Counted from the stretch's first letter, positions 37,771 to 47,595 are shown. The stretch: DNA of 64,000 nt from Candidatus Beckwithbacteria bacterium GW2011_GWC1_49_16 (GCA_001029675.1 CP011210.1:384427-448426), one strand, 5' to 3'. Translations and numbers: made by a program. Notes: a model not told the origin generated them from the sequence alone.

Positions 37771-39836
37771 GTTAGTTTCTTGATGGCGTCTCTTAAAATG
37801 GCAGCTTGTTCAAAGTCCAAGACCGCTGCCGCCTGGTTCATCTGCCGGGTTAAACCGCGGAGATATCTTTTTTTGTCTTCTGGGGTTAAGCTGTCGGGAT
37901 TTAAAGTTTTTAAGTTGAGGATCTCTTTACTCCCGATTTGAATTATTGTCGGGGTGATGGTCAGCGGTTGAGGCCGGTCGATGAGTTTTTTTCTCACCGG
38001 TTTGGTGACCGACCGGGGGGTAATCCGGTGGCGGCGGTTGTAGTCAAGCTGAATTTTCCGGCGGCGGCCGACTTCTTTGAGGGCGGCGCGCATCGAATCG
38101 GTTTTGGCATCGGCGTACATGACCACTTCGCCGGCAACGTGGCGGGCGGCCCGGCCCATGGTTTGAATCAGAGACGTTTTGCTTCTTAAGAAACCTTCTT
38201 TGTCGGCGTCCAAAATGGCCACCAAGCTGACTTCGGGTAAATCGAGGCCCTCGCGGAGGAGGTTGATGCCGACGACGACGTCGTACTCGCCGGAGCGGAG
38301 TGAGTCCAGAATGTCGGAGCGGTCCAGCGTGGCGACGTCGGCGTGAAGGTATTGGACTCGGAGTCTTTCACTCCCGGAGTGTGCCGCAGGCGCAACACCA
38401 CTCCGGGAGTGTTCGTTTAAGTACTCGGTTAAGGCTTCGGCCATTTTTTTGGTGAGAGTGGTAACTAAGACTCTTTGGCCCAGTTTTTTTCTTTGGTTGA
38501 CTCTTTGAGTCAAGTCTTTGACCTGGCCAGCGGTGGGAAGAATGGTAACTATCGGGTCGGTGAGTCCTGTAGGGCGGATTAACTGCTCAACGGTTTCCCC
38601 GCTAACCGAAATTTCCCAGTCTGAAGGAGTAGCCGAGGTATAGATGGTTTGCGGTACTCGGTTTAAAAACTCGGGGAAGCGTAAGGGGCGGTTGTCCAGA
38701 GCCGAAGGGAGCCTGAAGCCGTAGTCGATGAGAGTCTTTTTCCGGGCTTGGTCGCCTCGGAACATGCCGCGGATTTGGGGAATGGTCATGTGGGACTCGT
38801 CGATGACGGTCAAAAACCGGCGGCCGAATTTTTGGGAGTTTAAGTGAAAGTAGTCGATCAGGGTATAGGGAGGTTGGCCGGGGTCGCGGCCGTCGAAGTA
38901 TCTGGAGTAGTTCTCGATGCCGTTGACGTAGCCGACCTCGTTAATCATCTCCAAGTCGTGTTCGACTTTTTGTTTTAGGCGGTAGGCTTCGACGATTTTA
39001 CCGGCGACTTTAAATTGTTCCAGGCGGGTTTTCAGATCCAATTTAATTAATTGAATCGCTGCTTTTTGGGTGATTGGATTGGTAAGGTAGTGTTTAGCCG
39101 GATAAATGACGTCGCGGGGAGCACCCTGGTTGGGCCGGGGCAAGGGCGCGGCGGTAACCGGATTAATCCGGGCAAGGGTTTCTATCTGGTTATCAAGCAT
39201 GACCAGGCGCACCAAGTAGTCGGCGTAGCTAGGCCAGATGGTGATTTGCTCCCCCCTAACTTGGAAGTTGCCTCGTGAAGGCGCCAGGTCATTTCTTTGG
39301 TATTGCAGGTCGGTGAGTCTGTCAATGATGGTGTCGCGGTCGACCAGCTGCCCTTGGATTAGCTCCAGGGTGTAGCGGCCGTATTCTACGGGCGAGCCCA
39401 GGTTGTAGATGGCCGAGACAGAGGCGACGACGATGACGTCGGGGCGGGTGAGTAAATTGGTGGTGGCCGACAGCCGGAGTTTGTCGATCTCCTCGTTGAT
39501 GTCGGTTTCTTTTTCGATGTAGGTGTCGGTGGCGGGTAAGTACGCTTCGGGCTGGTAGTAGTCGTAGTAGGAGACAAAGTAAGACACTGCCGCATCGGGG
39601 AAAAAATCTCTAAACTCCTGATAGAGTTGGGCGGCGAGAGTCTTGTTGTGGGAAATGACCAGCGTGGGCGCTTGGGTTTTGGCAACAACGTTGGCGATGG
39701 TGAAGGTTTTGCCGCTGCCGGTGACCCCGAGCAAAGTTTGCTGGGGTTGGCCTTTTTTGAGACCGGCCACCAGCTTGTCTATTGCCTGGGGCTGGTCGCC
39801 GGTCGGTTTAAAGTCGGCTTTGAGTCTAAATGGCAT
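37767..39836 (-). CDS. uvrB: excinuclease ABC subunit B
   Basis: Helicase motifs [12 protein letters not shown], and a C-terminal UVR domain. 4-nt overlap with uvrA. Confidence 0.95.
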   Translation of the reverse strand: MPFRLKADFKPTGDQPQAIDKLVAGLKKGQPQQTLLGVTGSGKTFTIANVVAKTQAPTLVISHNKTLAAQLYQEFRDFFPDAAVSYFVSYYDYYQPEAYLPATDTYIEKETDINEEIDKLRLSATTNLLTRPDVIVVASVSAIYNLGSPVEYGRYTLELIQGQLVDRDTIIDRLTDLQYQRNDLAPSRGNFQVRGEQITIWPSYADYLVRLVMLDNQIETLARINPVTAAPLPRPNQGAPRDVIYPAKHYLTNPITQKAAIQLIKLDLKTRLEQFKVAGKIVEAYRLKQKVEHDLEMINEVGYVNGIENYSRYFDGRDPGQPPYTLIDYFHLNSQKFGRRFLTVIDESHMTIPQIRGMFRGDQARKKTLIDYGFRLPSALDNRPLRFPEFLNRVPQTIYTSATPSDWEISVSGETVEQLIRPTGLTDPIVTILPTAGQVKDLTQRVNQRKKLGQRVLVTTLTKKMAEALTEYLNEHSRSGVAPAAHSGSERLRVQYLHADVATLDRSDILDSLRSGEYDVVVGINLLREGLDLPEVSLVAILDADKEGFLRSKTSLIQTMGRAARHVAGEVVMYADAKTDSMRAALKEVGRRRKIQLDYNRRHRITPRSVTKPVRKKLIDRPQPLTITPTIIQIGSKEILNLKTLNPDSLTPEDKKRYLRGLTRQMNQAAAVLDFEQAAILRDAIKKLT

Positions 39837-39893
39837 AAACCTTTAATTATACCCCACTCCCCCTTCGTGTTGGTAGTCTATAATGAAGGGACG

Positions 39894-40508
39894 ATGAAGC
39901 AGGCGATAATATTTTTAAACGGCGATTTGGCTGATGCATCTGGAGTGAAGCAGGAGATAAAAAAAACTGATTTGGTGATTGCGGCCGACGGCGGCAGCAA
40001 GCTGGCCCAAAAGCTTGGCATCACGCCCGACCTTGTTGTCGGCGACTTGGATTCTTATACAGGCAGCAAAAAAATTAAAACGATCCCCTACCCTAAAGAC
40101 AAGGATTTTACCGACTCGGAGTTGGCCATAGACTATGCTTTAAAACAAAAAGTCAAAAGGTTGGTAATCGTCGGCCTTTTGGGCCGCAGATTCGATCATC
40201 TGGCATCAAACTTGATGTTGGCCGCGACCTTGGCCGCCAAAGGTATAAAGGTCGAGGCGGTCGAAGGCAAGCAAAGGCTCTACTTTTTATCTTCAAGGAT
40301 AAACCTTGAAGGCAATCCCGGAGATATAGTTTCGCTTACTCCCCTTAAAAGCAATGTAAAAGTGACTACTAGAGGATTAAAATGGAAACTTCAAGGATCA
40401 ACCTTGAAGTTTGGCTATGGCCGGGGGGTGAGCAATGTGATGACCGCGAAAAAGGTTTCTCTTTCCGTCCGCCGCGGTATCCTCCTGGTGGTTCATTCCA
40501 GGCAGTGA
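39894..40508 (+). CDS. thiamine pyrophosphokinase (start at MKQAIIFLNG)
   Basis: IIFLNGDL...AADGG...GDLDS pattern of the TPK catalytic domain. Confidence 0.7.
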   Translation: MKQAIIFLNGDLADASGVKQEIKKTDLVIAADGGSKLAQKLGITPDLVVGDLDSYTGSKKIKTIPYPKDKDFTDSELAIDYALKQKVKRLVIVGLLGRRFDHLASNLMLAATLAAKGIKVEAVEGKQRLYFLSSRINLEGNPGDIVSLTPLKSNVKVTTRGLKWKLQGSTLKFGYGRGVSNVMTAKKVSLSVRRGILLVVHSRQ

Positions 40509-40540
40509 TTTGTTATAATTATTCTCAAGCGCCTGTAGCT

Positions 40541-40561
40541 CATAGGACTTGAAATTTATTT
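40541..40561 (+). other. tRNA 5'-end-like fragment (GCGCCTGTAGCTCATAGGACT)
   Basis: 17 of 20 nt identical to the 5' acceptor/D-arm of tRNA-Arg(TCT) at 27250. No matching 3' half. Confidence 0.35.
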
Positions 40562-40583
40562 TGATTTCGAATACGCTGATTGA

Positions 40584-41000
40584 GTGAAAGTTTGTTCCAA
40601 GTGTAAACTGGAGAAGCCAGAAGAAGAATTTAATTATAAGTATAAAGATAGAGGTATTAGACAATATCATTGTCGCTCTTGCAGTAAGAAACTGATAAGA
40701 CGCCATTATGTGGCAAACAGGTCGTATTACTTACAAAAAGCTAGGAAACGTAACGATTGGTTGAGGCAAATAACGAAAGAGTACGTCAGGAATTACTTGT
40801 CGAGTCATCCTTGTGTTGATTGCGGAGAATCTGATCCAGTTGTTCTCGAGTTCGACCATTTATCAGATAAGATAGCTCCTGTTTCCAGCTTAAGACGTAA
40901 TGGTACCCTTGAAAAGGTTAAGCTTGAAATAGCTAAATGCGAGGTGAGATGCGCTAACTGTCATAGACGTAAAACTGCAGAGCGGGCAAGCCTGATATAA
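40584..41000 (+). CDS. HNH endonuclease (zinc-ribbon plus HNH, stand-alone)
   Basis: CSKC...HCRSC at the N-terminus. C-terminus LEFDHL...CANCHRRKT. Confidence 0.7.
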   Translation: MKVCSKCKLEKPEEEFNYKYKDRGIRQYHCRSCSKKLIRRHYVANRSYYLQKARKRNDWLRQITKEYVRNYLSSHPCVDCGESDPVVLEFDHLSDKIAPVSSLRRNGTLEKVKLEIAKCEVRCANCHRRKTAERASLI

Positions 41001-41018
41001 TATGCTGAAGATATTGAT

Positions 41019-41093
41019 GCCCCTGTAGTTTAATGGATAAAACGCGTCGCTTCGGACGATGTGATGGGGGTTCGATTCCCTCCAGGGGCACCA
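41019..41093 (+). tRNA. tRNA-Arg (anticodon TCG), CCA encoded
   Basis: Acceptor GCCCCTG/CAGGGGC, anticodon loop CTTCGGA. Confidence 0.85.
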
Positions 41094-41118
41094 CGTAAAG
41101 CTTCGCTACGTGGCAAGC
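41091..41118 (+). ncRNA. conserved post-tRNA hairpin motif, copy 3 (CCACGTAAAG...ACGTGGCAAGC)
   Basis: Same architecture as copies 1 and 2, with an A:T pair replacing G:C in the stem. Confidence 0.4.
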
Positions 41119-41967
41119 TCACATTTTGTTTACTTCAGTCCAGTCTTTTTGAGCCATTTTCTTTTTCATTGCCAGGCAATATTTTTGTAAAGTTTTATCG
41201 AGCAGTGGGGTTTTTAGTTGGCCGGCCATTTGTTTGGCGTAAGTTAGATCTTTAGTAATCCATTCCACCGAAAAGTTTATAGGCTTGGGAGTTTTTTGGT
41301 AGTCACGCCATGCCTTAGCCGTAATCGCTCCTCCGGGCCGTTCTTGGGAAAAAGAATTACCGACAGTTTTTAAATTAAGTTTCATTTTTTTAGCCAGCTT
41401 CATGGCTTCACCAAATGCTTGAAGGTGTAATGCTTGAATAGAGTTTAGAATTAATTTAAATTTCATACCCGAACCGGCCGGGCCGAAATAAGTGAATCTT
41501 GTTGCAATAGCTTTGAGTGTTGCTTTTAGTTGGTTCAACTTTTGCTTACTGCCGCCTACCAGCAACGACAAATTGCCGGTTTCTGCCCCGATGCGGCCGC
41601 CGGTCATGGGCATGTCGAAAAAAGTTAACCCCTTTTTGGCGCAGATTTTAGCCAGCCTATCAGTCCAGGCAACCGAGAGAGTGGCGCAGGTGATGAGGGC
41701 TTTCGTTTTATCGGCTCCGGCCAGAATTCCCTTTTGCCCCAACCATACCGTTCGAGACGACTGGTCGTTGGCGGTGACTTCAAAAACAATGTCGGCTTGG
41801 GAGGCGGCGTCTTGAGGAGTTTTGGCAATTTGAGCGCCTTTTTTCTTAAGGGTTTGGAGTTTCGTGGCGCTCCGGTTCCAAACTATAACCGGGTATTTGT
41901 GTTTTAAAAAGTTTTGGGCTATGCCGTGGCCCATAATGCCGGTGCCGACAACCGCGATTTTTTTCAT
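41119..41967 (-). CDS. NAD(P)-dependent oxidoreductase, 3-hydroxyisobutyrate / 6-phosphogluconate dehydrogenase-like family
   Basis: N-terminal Rossmann MKKIAVVGTGIMG, catalytic Lys region, C-terminal 6PGD-like helical domain. Confidence 0.65.
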   Translation of the reverse strand: MKKIAVVGTGIMGHGIAQNFLKHKYPVIVWNRSATKLQTLKKKGAQIAKTPQDAASQADIVFEVTANDQSSRTVWLGQKGILAGADKTKALITCATLSVAWTDRLAKICAKKGLTFFDMPMTGGRIGAETGNLSLLVGGSKQKLNQLKATLKAIATRFTYFGPAGSGMKFKLILNSIQALHLQAFGEAMKLAKKMKLNLKTVGNSFSQERPGGAITAKAWRDYQKTPKPINFSVEWITKDLTYAKQMAGQLKTPLLDKTLQKYCLAMKKKMAQKDWTEVNKM

Positions 41968-42005
41968 AAGCCGACTATAACAGACTTTGTTATAATATTA
42001 AAACA

Positions 42006-42077
42006 TGGGCCCGTAGCTCAGCGGTAGAGCAACCGACTCTTAATCGGTTGGCCGAAGGTTCGAATCCTTCCGGGCTC
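42006..42077 (+). tRNA. tRNA-Lys (anticodon CTT)
   Basis: Acceptor GGGCCCG/CGGGCTC (one G-U pair), anticodon loop CTCTTAA. Confidence 0.85.
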
Positions 42078-42083
42078 ACAATT

Positions 42084-42332
42084 ATGGAGAAAGTTGGTGG
42101 CGACAAGAAAAAAGTTACTCCCTACTGGGGGGCGGGACATTTGAAGCCTCCGGGTAGAAAGCCTCCGGAAGAGGTCTTAGAAGAGTTGGCTAGTTTCATT
42201 GAGAGCGAATTCACTGACAGCGAAGCGCGGGCACGTGACTTGGAGCTTTCTGGTATGCCGAAAGAGTTGGTAGAGGCTGCAGTTGAGCATGTCAAAGGCG
42301 GACAAAAAGGCCAAGGCAGGCAGTCGGGTTAG
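42084..42332 (+). CDS. hypothetical small protein (start trimmed to avoid the tRNA-Lys overlap)
   Basis: 82 aa, Lys/Glu-rich. Confidence 0.35.
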   Translation: MEKVGGDKKKVTPYWGAGHLKPPGRKPPEEVLEELASFIESEFTDSEARARDLELSGMPKELVEAAVEHVKGGQKGQGRQSG

Positions 42333-43666
42333 CGGCGGGAGATAGTATAAGTCGTCGGGTGCATTAAGAAAATGGCGGGAGAGTCTTCGACTAAGAAGCG
42401 TTGGAAGTCCTGGTAGATGTCGCGGCGCTGGGGTTGACTCAAAATGGTGCGGCCGTCTTCTAAGAGTTTGTCCACCTGGAGGCTGGAGTAGCGGGAGATG
42501 TTAGTCGGTTGAGTCGAGTGCCACAGGGCGTGTTGATCCGGATCCAGGGGGATTTCTTGGGTGATGAGTAAGGCTTGGAAGTCATCGGAGAGAGTGTTGA
42601 CGATTCTGACGTCGATTTCGACGCCCAGAGTTTCTTCCCAGGATTGGGCGATGGCATCGGCTAATTTTAAAAACGATTGGCTGGTGCCTAAGGTGAGTTC
42701 GAGCTTGCCGGAAAAAGTCGCCTCCTGAGCAAAGGAATCGAAAAGCTCCTGGGCTTGAGCCGAGTTGTAATTGTAAGGTTTAACTTGGGAGTTGTAGGCC
42801 CAGGACAGAGGGCTTAGCGGCGATAAAGCTCGCTGGCCCTCCGGGTTTTTGTTTTCGATGGCGTAGGCCAGGGCTTGGCGCAAGGGTTTGGCGGAAAGGT
42901 ATTGGTCATTAAGGTTGAAAACGATGGCGACGTATTGCTGGAAGTTGGTGATTTGGTCTACGGCGACGTGTTTGGTCCAAGTATCGCTTAAGGGATTGAC
43001 CAGGAGGTTTTCTAATCTATCGACTTCACCTAAGCGAAAGCCGGTCCAGGCGGCCTGATTTGATTGGTAGAAGCGGTAAGTCACGTCCTGGCTTCCGACC
43101 AGGTCCAGAGTTTTAATAAAGGAGCCTTGCCAGTCGATGTTTTTGACGATAAAGGAGCGGGCGCCGATTTGGCCCTTTTTAAACAAGGGTCGGGACAGGG
43201 TAACTAAAAAGGGAGCAAAAGGTTCTTGGAGCTCAAATTTTAGGGTTAGAGGGTCGGGAGTGGTAACGGTAACGTCGGGTATGTCCAGGTTGATGTCGGA
43301 GGCGACCAGGGGGGTGCCGTCGCTCCAGCGCTGCCCCGGTTTGAGTTTGACTAAATAAACGGTGCCGTCATCGCTAGTCTCCCAGCTTTCGGCCAGATCC
43401 GGGGCAGCTTGACCTTGGTCGTCGACTTGGGTTAAACCGCGGGAGATGGAAGCGGCCAGCTGCCTGGGTAAAGTGGCCAAGGCGTACTGGCCGACGATGC
43501 CGACTTTTACCTTGGGTTTGGGTTGGGGTAAAAAAGGCAGCAGATTTTTGGTGAAAAGAAAAATCACGATGCCGACGGCAGTAGCGACTAAGATCAGACG
43601 TTGGTGTTTTTTAATGAACGAGAATAAAATCCAGACCGGCTTTCGAAAGGGCCGAGTGATGATCAT
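42329..43666 (-). CDS. ABC transporter substrate-binding protein, family 5 (oligopeptide/dipeptide-type), membrane-anchored
   Basis: N-terminal TM anchor, then the SBP_bac_5 pattern (...LAESWETSDDGTVYLVKLKPGQRWSDG...). Confidence 0.6.
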   Translation of the reverse strand: MIITRPFRKPVWILFSFIKKHQRLILVATAVGIVIFLFTKNLLPFLPQPKPKVKVGIVGQYALATLPRQLAASISRGLTQVDDQGQAAPDLAESWETSDDGTVYLVKLKPGQRWSDGTPLVASDINLDIPDVTVTTPDPLTLKFELQEPFAPFLVTLSRPLFKKGQIGARSFIVKNIDWQGSFIKTLDLVGSQDVTYRFYQSNQAAWTGFRLGEVDRLENLLVNPLSDTWTKHVAVDQITNFQQYVAIVFNLNDQYLSAKPLRQALAYAIENKNPEGQRALSPLSPLSWAYNSQVKPYNYNSAQAQELFDSFAQEATFSGKLELTLGTSQSFLKLADAIAQSWEETLGVEIDVRIVNTLSDDFQALLITQEIPLDPDQHALWHSTQPTNISRYSSLQVDKLLEDGRTILSQPQRRDIYQDFQRFLVEDSPAIFLMHPTTYTISRR

Positions 43667-43872
43667 AGTTTGAGGTTAACTAGAGACAGGAGGACGAAGA
43701 TAACGGCCAAGATAATGGTAAGGTAGAAGACGATTTTTTCGACGCCCCTTTTGGAGTGGTACATTTGCCCGCTGCCGCCGAAAGCAGAACCCAGGCCGGT
43801 GCCTTTGGCTTGAAGCAGGATGACGGCGATGAGAAAAACGGACACGAGGATTTGGATAAGTTTTAAAATCAT
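43663..43872 (-). CDS. secG: preprotein translocase subunit SecG
   Basis: 69 aa. LLQ.KG.GLG.AFGG motif between two TM helices. Confidence 0.7.
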   Translation of the reverse strand: MILKLIQILVSVFLIAVILLQAKGTGLGSAFGGSGQMYHSKRGVEKIVFYLTIILAVIFVLLSLVNLKL

Positions 43873-44273
43873 TTAGTCAGTAGCCAATTTAATAGGGTGA
43901 AGACAAAGCTTAATAAAAACGAGCTGATGATAAGAGAGGCAGGGAAACCCATGGCGATTTGGGGAACGACGAAGCCTTGGTAAGCCAGCGACGGGATGAC
44001 GGCAGGAACGACGCTGACGGTGGAGAGCAAGCGGGTGAGAGTCAGGAGAATAAGGACGTTTGACAGCCAGCGGAAAAGACCCAAGGTGACCAGGTTGATG
44101 GGCAGAAGTAAGAGCTTGACGATGGGTTTGACCAGGTAGTTTATCAGGGTAAAAACGGCGCCGGCGTAGACGATGCCGGTGAGCAGTGGGGTGACGATTA
44201 AGCCGGGATAAAAGGCGGAAACGACAAAGAGGCTGATGCTGTTTAGTAAAGCCAAGCGCAGAAATCTTCTCAT
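43869..44273 (-). CDS. 4-TM membrane protein, DUF360 / phage-holin-IV-like family
   Basis: Four hydrophobic helices. Pattern resembles the YvlD/DUF360 family. Confidence 0.45.
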   Translation of the reverse strand: MRRFLRLALLNSISLFVVSAFYPGLIVTPLLTGIVYAGAVFTLINYLVKPIVKLLLLPINLVTLGLFRWLSNVLILLTLTRLLSTVSVVPAVIPSLAYQGFVVPQIAMGFPASLIISSFLLSFVFTLLNWLLTK

Positions 44274-44277
44274 AAGC

Positions 44278-46110
44278 TCATTTTAACACAAAGCGCTTGA
44301 GGCCGATGAGGGCCAAGATAGCGCTAAAGAGGCCGGCCAGGCCAAAAAGAAATTTTGGGTTACGAAAAATAAAGCTGAAAGCCGGGACTAAATCGATCTG
44401 GTGAGTTTGGGAAGTGCCGTCTACTTTGACGCTCACCTGGTCAGAAAAACTTTGGGCAAAGCCGGTGGCGGGGAGGCTGATGGGAATGGTGATTTTGGCA
44501 AACGGGGGGAGGCTGGCTACCAGCCATTGATTTTTTTCCGGAGTAAAATGCTGGGAGGTTAAGGTGACCACCTGGTCGTAGAGGGCGGCGTTGCCGACAT
44601 TGGCAACCACGATGGAGCCGGTCAAATCGACGCCGGCGATGGCCTGCTGGGGCAGCTTGATATCCAGAAATAGTTTTGGTTGGGGTTTTAATGGCCGGCC
44701 GAAGTCTACGGCAATACTTTTTTCCTGGCTGGCGGCGGTTTTGTAGGCTCCGGCAGGGACAGGGTAGGTGGAGTCTTGGCCGAGGATGGCAAAAGCAAAG
44801 TGGTTTAGATCGAGCTGGTTGAAGTAGTCGACTCCCCCGGTAGTATTGCCCCAGGTGGGGTCGACCGGCACCCAGAGGCTGCGGGAGGAGTCGTAGTACT
44901 CGGGCCAGGCGTGGAGGACGTCTTGTTTGAGGCTTAGAGGTTTTAGGGCGGGGTTGGTGGTGTAGGCAAAGCCGTTGATGGCCCGGGCAGGGATGCCGGC
45001 GGCACGAGCCAGGGCGATAAACAGGTCGGTGAATTCCATACAGATGGCCGAGTCGGGTTTGTCCAGGGCGTTGGCGGCGCCGAATCTGGTGGTGGAGTTT
45101 GATAGCCGACCGTAATCGTAGATGAGGTTATCGACGACGTATTGATAGATGGCTTGGGGGGTTTTCAAGTCGAGGGCCAGCTTGTTGAGATTGGGGTTGT
45201 CGGTTTCCCAGTATTTTTGGGCGGTTAAGTAGGCGCCGGGATTTTCTAAGGGAGTTTGGGGAAAATCAGAGCGGGGTTTTAAAAAGAGACTGGCCGAGCC
45301 GGTGGCGGTGACGATGAGATTTTGACGGGGAGAAAGGTTATAGCTGGCCAGCCAGTTGCCGTCGGCATCAGTGCTAACGCTATCGGGAGCGGGGTCGAGT
45401 TTTTGGTAAAGGATTTGTTGCCAGGCAGTGTCGGGAGGAAGGGCGATTTCGGTTTTAACCGGGTAGACGCGGCTATTTGCCAGCTCGTAGGTGAGGGAAA
45501 AGTCGAAGTGCTGGCTTTCGCCGAAGGTGGCGCTGATGCCGCTTATCTCTAGGTCGGCTGGGTCAAAGCGGTAGACGGTGTTAGTTCCTTGGGCGGTTTG
45601 GCTGATGGGCTTGGGGGTGATCGAAGCGGGGCGGCCGAAAGCTTGAGGGATAGACAGGGTCAGCTGGTAGCTGGATAGGTCTTCTGACCGGGCGAGTTTA
45701 GGGATGGAGATTTCCCAGACGCTGCCCAGCTTATTGGCAAAATCCAGGCTGTCAAACTCGATGGTAAAAATTTGGGACTTGTCTTTGCCCAGAACTTTGT
45801 CGGGAAAGGTAAGATTGAGGTTGGTGGTTTTTTCCCCGCTGGCGACCTTGAGGGGCAGGCTGCCGGAAGAGTTTTTGGCGCTGATGTTTTCTAGTTTGGT
45901 GGAGCCGATCGACAAGGAAAACTCGGTGGCGTAGATGTTGGAAAGTTTGTTGGTTAAGGTGATGTCAAATTTGGTGTGGGTGGTGCCGCTGTCGGAAACG
46001 GTGTAAGCGACGGTGTAGCTGGTGGCAAACTCCTGTTGGGCGAGAGTCGATGGGGGCAAGGCTAAGAGGAATAGGAAGCTAAAAAGTAGAGACAGAAATT
46101 TTTTAATCAT
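44278..46110 (-). CDS. transglutaminase-like cysteine protease domain protein, secreted with a C-terminal TM anchor
   Basis: Signal peptide, core SAICMEFTDLFIALARAAGIPAR (Cys-His-Asp transglutaminase fold), C-terminal hydrophobic helix. Confidence 0.65.
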   Translation of the reverse strand: MIKKFLSLLFSFLFLLALPPSTLAQQEFATSYTVAYTVSDSGTTHTKFDITLTNKLSNIYATEFSLSIGSTKLENISAKNSSGSLPLKVASGEKTTNLNLTFPDKVLGKDKSQIFTIEFDSLDFANKLGSVWEISIPKLARSEDLSSYQLTLSIPQAFGRPASITPKPISQTAQGTNTVYRFDPADLEISGISATFGESQHFDFSLTYELANSRVYPVKTEIALPPDTAWQQILYQKLDPAPDSVSTDADGNWLASYNLSPRQNLIVTATGSASLFLKPRSDFPQTPLENPGAYLTAQKYWETDNPNLNKLALDLKTPQAIYQYVVDNLIYDYGRLSNSTTRFGAANALDKPDSAICMEFTDLFIALARAAGIPARAINGFAYTTNPALKPLSLKQDVLHAWPEYYDSSRSLWVPVDPTWGNTTGGVDYFNQLDLNHFAFAILGQDSTYPVPAGAYKTAASQEKSIAVDFGRPLKPQPKLFLDIKLPQQAIAGVDLTGSIVVANVGNAALYDQVVTLTSQHFTPEKNQWLVASLPPFAKITIPISLPATGFAQSFSDQVSVKVDGTSQTHQIDLVPAFSFIFRNPKFLFGLAGLFSAILALIGLKRFVLK

Positions 46111-46182
46111 GAGTGATTATAGAAACTATTTTGTGGCGGATAAACTTGTTGATAAGGGCATTTTACGATAAAATTCAGCCAA

Positions 46183-46908
46183 ATGGGACAGAATATGGAA
46201 TTTGGCCCAATTGGAGCCATAGAACAAGCAAGGGTGGCTGAGAACGAGTTGGGGAGAAAAGTGCAGAAGTTACTGGCTGATTCGGAGATTTCTGTTGGCG
46301 GTTTATTTTTCGGTGTCAGTCGGGTAGAGCCGCTAACTACTGGAAAATTAATCTTAGCCCCTTCGACTCCAACCTATGCGGTAGAAGGTTTAAATCAATT
46401 CCGTGAATATTTATTAGAAAGTGTTTTCCCGGAGAATTATGAAGAAGATGTCCATGATGAGGATCGGCAAGCTTATATAACAGCTGGTGATGGCGCGCTG
46501 ATTCTTCCAAGAATTTTTCACTATGAACAAATCGGAATTGAAGAACATATAACCGTGAGCATGGCAAAAATTAACGACGATTTTGATTTAGAATTAATGA
46601 GAGCAGCAGGAAAGGATGATACCGGGAGAAGATTTTTTGATAAAAACCGCTATGACGAAAAAGCCATTATTAGATTTACTAGTGTAATTATTTTTCCCGA
46701 TTCAAAGGTGGCGCACCTTGCTTCTAGGCTTCACCATTTATCAGCTTCTGGAGTTGATTTGTCCTCCGAGCTTGGCTTTAAAAGACTAAATTTCTACTTT
46801 AACGACGGAAAAATCATGCCAGATAAACTCCACCTAATGGAGAATGGAGTTTATCCTTATGAAGATCTATTTTCTCGGCTTGATGGTTTTTCTACACTCC
46901 GGGAGTGA
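46183..46908 (+). CDS. hypothetical protein
   Basis: 241 aa ORF with no motif. Confidence 0.4.
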   Translation: MGQNMEFGPIGAIEQARVAENELGRKVQKLLADSEISVGGLFFGVSRVEPLTTGKLILAPSTPTYAVEGLNQFREYLLESVFPENYEEDVHDEDRQAYITAGDGALILPRIFHYEQIGIEEHITVSMAKINDDFDLELMRAAGKDDTGRRFFDKNRYDEKAIIRFTSVIIFPDSKVAHLASRLHHLSASGVDLSSELGFKRLNFYFNDGKIMPDKLHLMENGVYPYEDLFSRLDGFSTLRE

Positions 46909-46974
46909 ATTGGCCCTTGACATTCGGTTTTTGGTCGGGCTAAGATGAGACAAAGATAATACTAATAAAACCCT

Positions 46975-47592
46975 ATGCCGGTAACACTTTACAGACGTCA
47001 AAAACAGATAGTCGATTTTATTTCCCAGTATATTCAGAGGAATGGTAACTCGCCAACGCTCCAAGAGATTGCCGACGCCATGGGGCTATCCAGTCTGGCG
47101 ACGGTTCACGAACACATCGCCACCTTGGTGAGAAAAGGGGTTTTGAAAAAATACGAAGGGTCGGTTCGGGGCCTGGAGATAGCCGATGACCGATATGTTT
47201 CCGGCAGCGACGGTTTGGAGCTGCCGATTTTGGGTTACATTGCCGCGGGCAAACCGATCGAACCCTATACCGATCCTGATGCGGCGTTTACCATCTCCCC
47301 GACTTTAGTTTCCGGCAAAAAACGGTCGTTTGTCTTACAGGTCAAAGGCGACTCGATGGTGGAAGAAGGCATTCTTGACGGCGACTACGTAGTGATTGAA
47401 GAGCAGGACGAAGTGACTAACGGCGATATCGTGGTGGCACTGCTTGAAAACGGTCTGGCGACTTTGAAGCGGTTTTTCAAGGAAGCAACCCGGGTGAGGC
47501 TGGAGCCGGCAAATTCTCAAATGAGTCCGATTTACGCCACCAACGTCAAGATCCAAGGCCGGGTGGTGGGAGTGATCAGGCGGTTTGTTTGA
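46975..47592 (+). CDS. lexA: LexA repressor
   Basis: N-terminal wHTH LQEIADAMGLSSLATVHEHI. C-terminal S24 peptidase with GDSM (Ser) and the Lys dyad. Confidence 0.9.
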   Translation: MPVTLYRRQKQIVDFISQYIQRNGNSPTLQEIADAMGLSSLATVHEHIATLVRKGVLKKYEGSVRGLEIADDRYVSGSDGLELPILGYIAAGKPIEPYTDPDAAFTISPTLVSGKKRSFVLQVKGDSMVEEGILDGDYVVIEEQDEVTNGDIVVALLENGLATLKRFFKEATRVRLEPANSQMSPIYATNVKIQGRVVGVIRRFV

Positions 47593-47595
47593 ATT

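Noticed and set aside
46909-46974. Search for a LexA/Cheo box (CGAAC-N4-GTTCG) upstream of lexA and uvrB
   Set aside because: No such palindrome was found by eye. The CGAAC repeats inside the module repeat arms are direct rather than palindromic and unrelated to the promoters.
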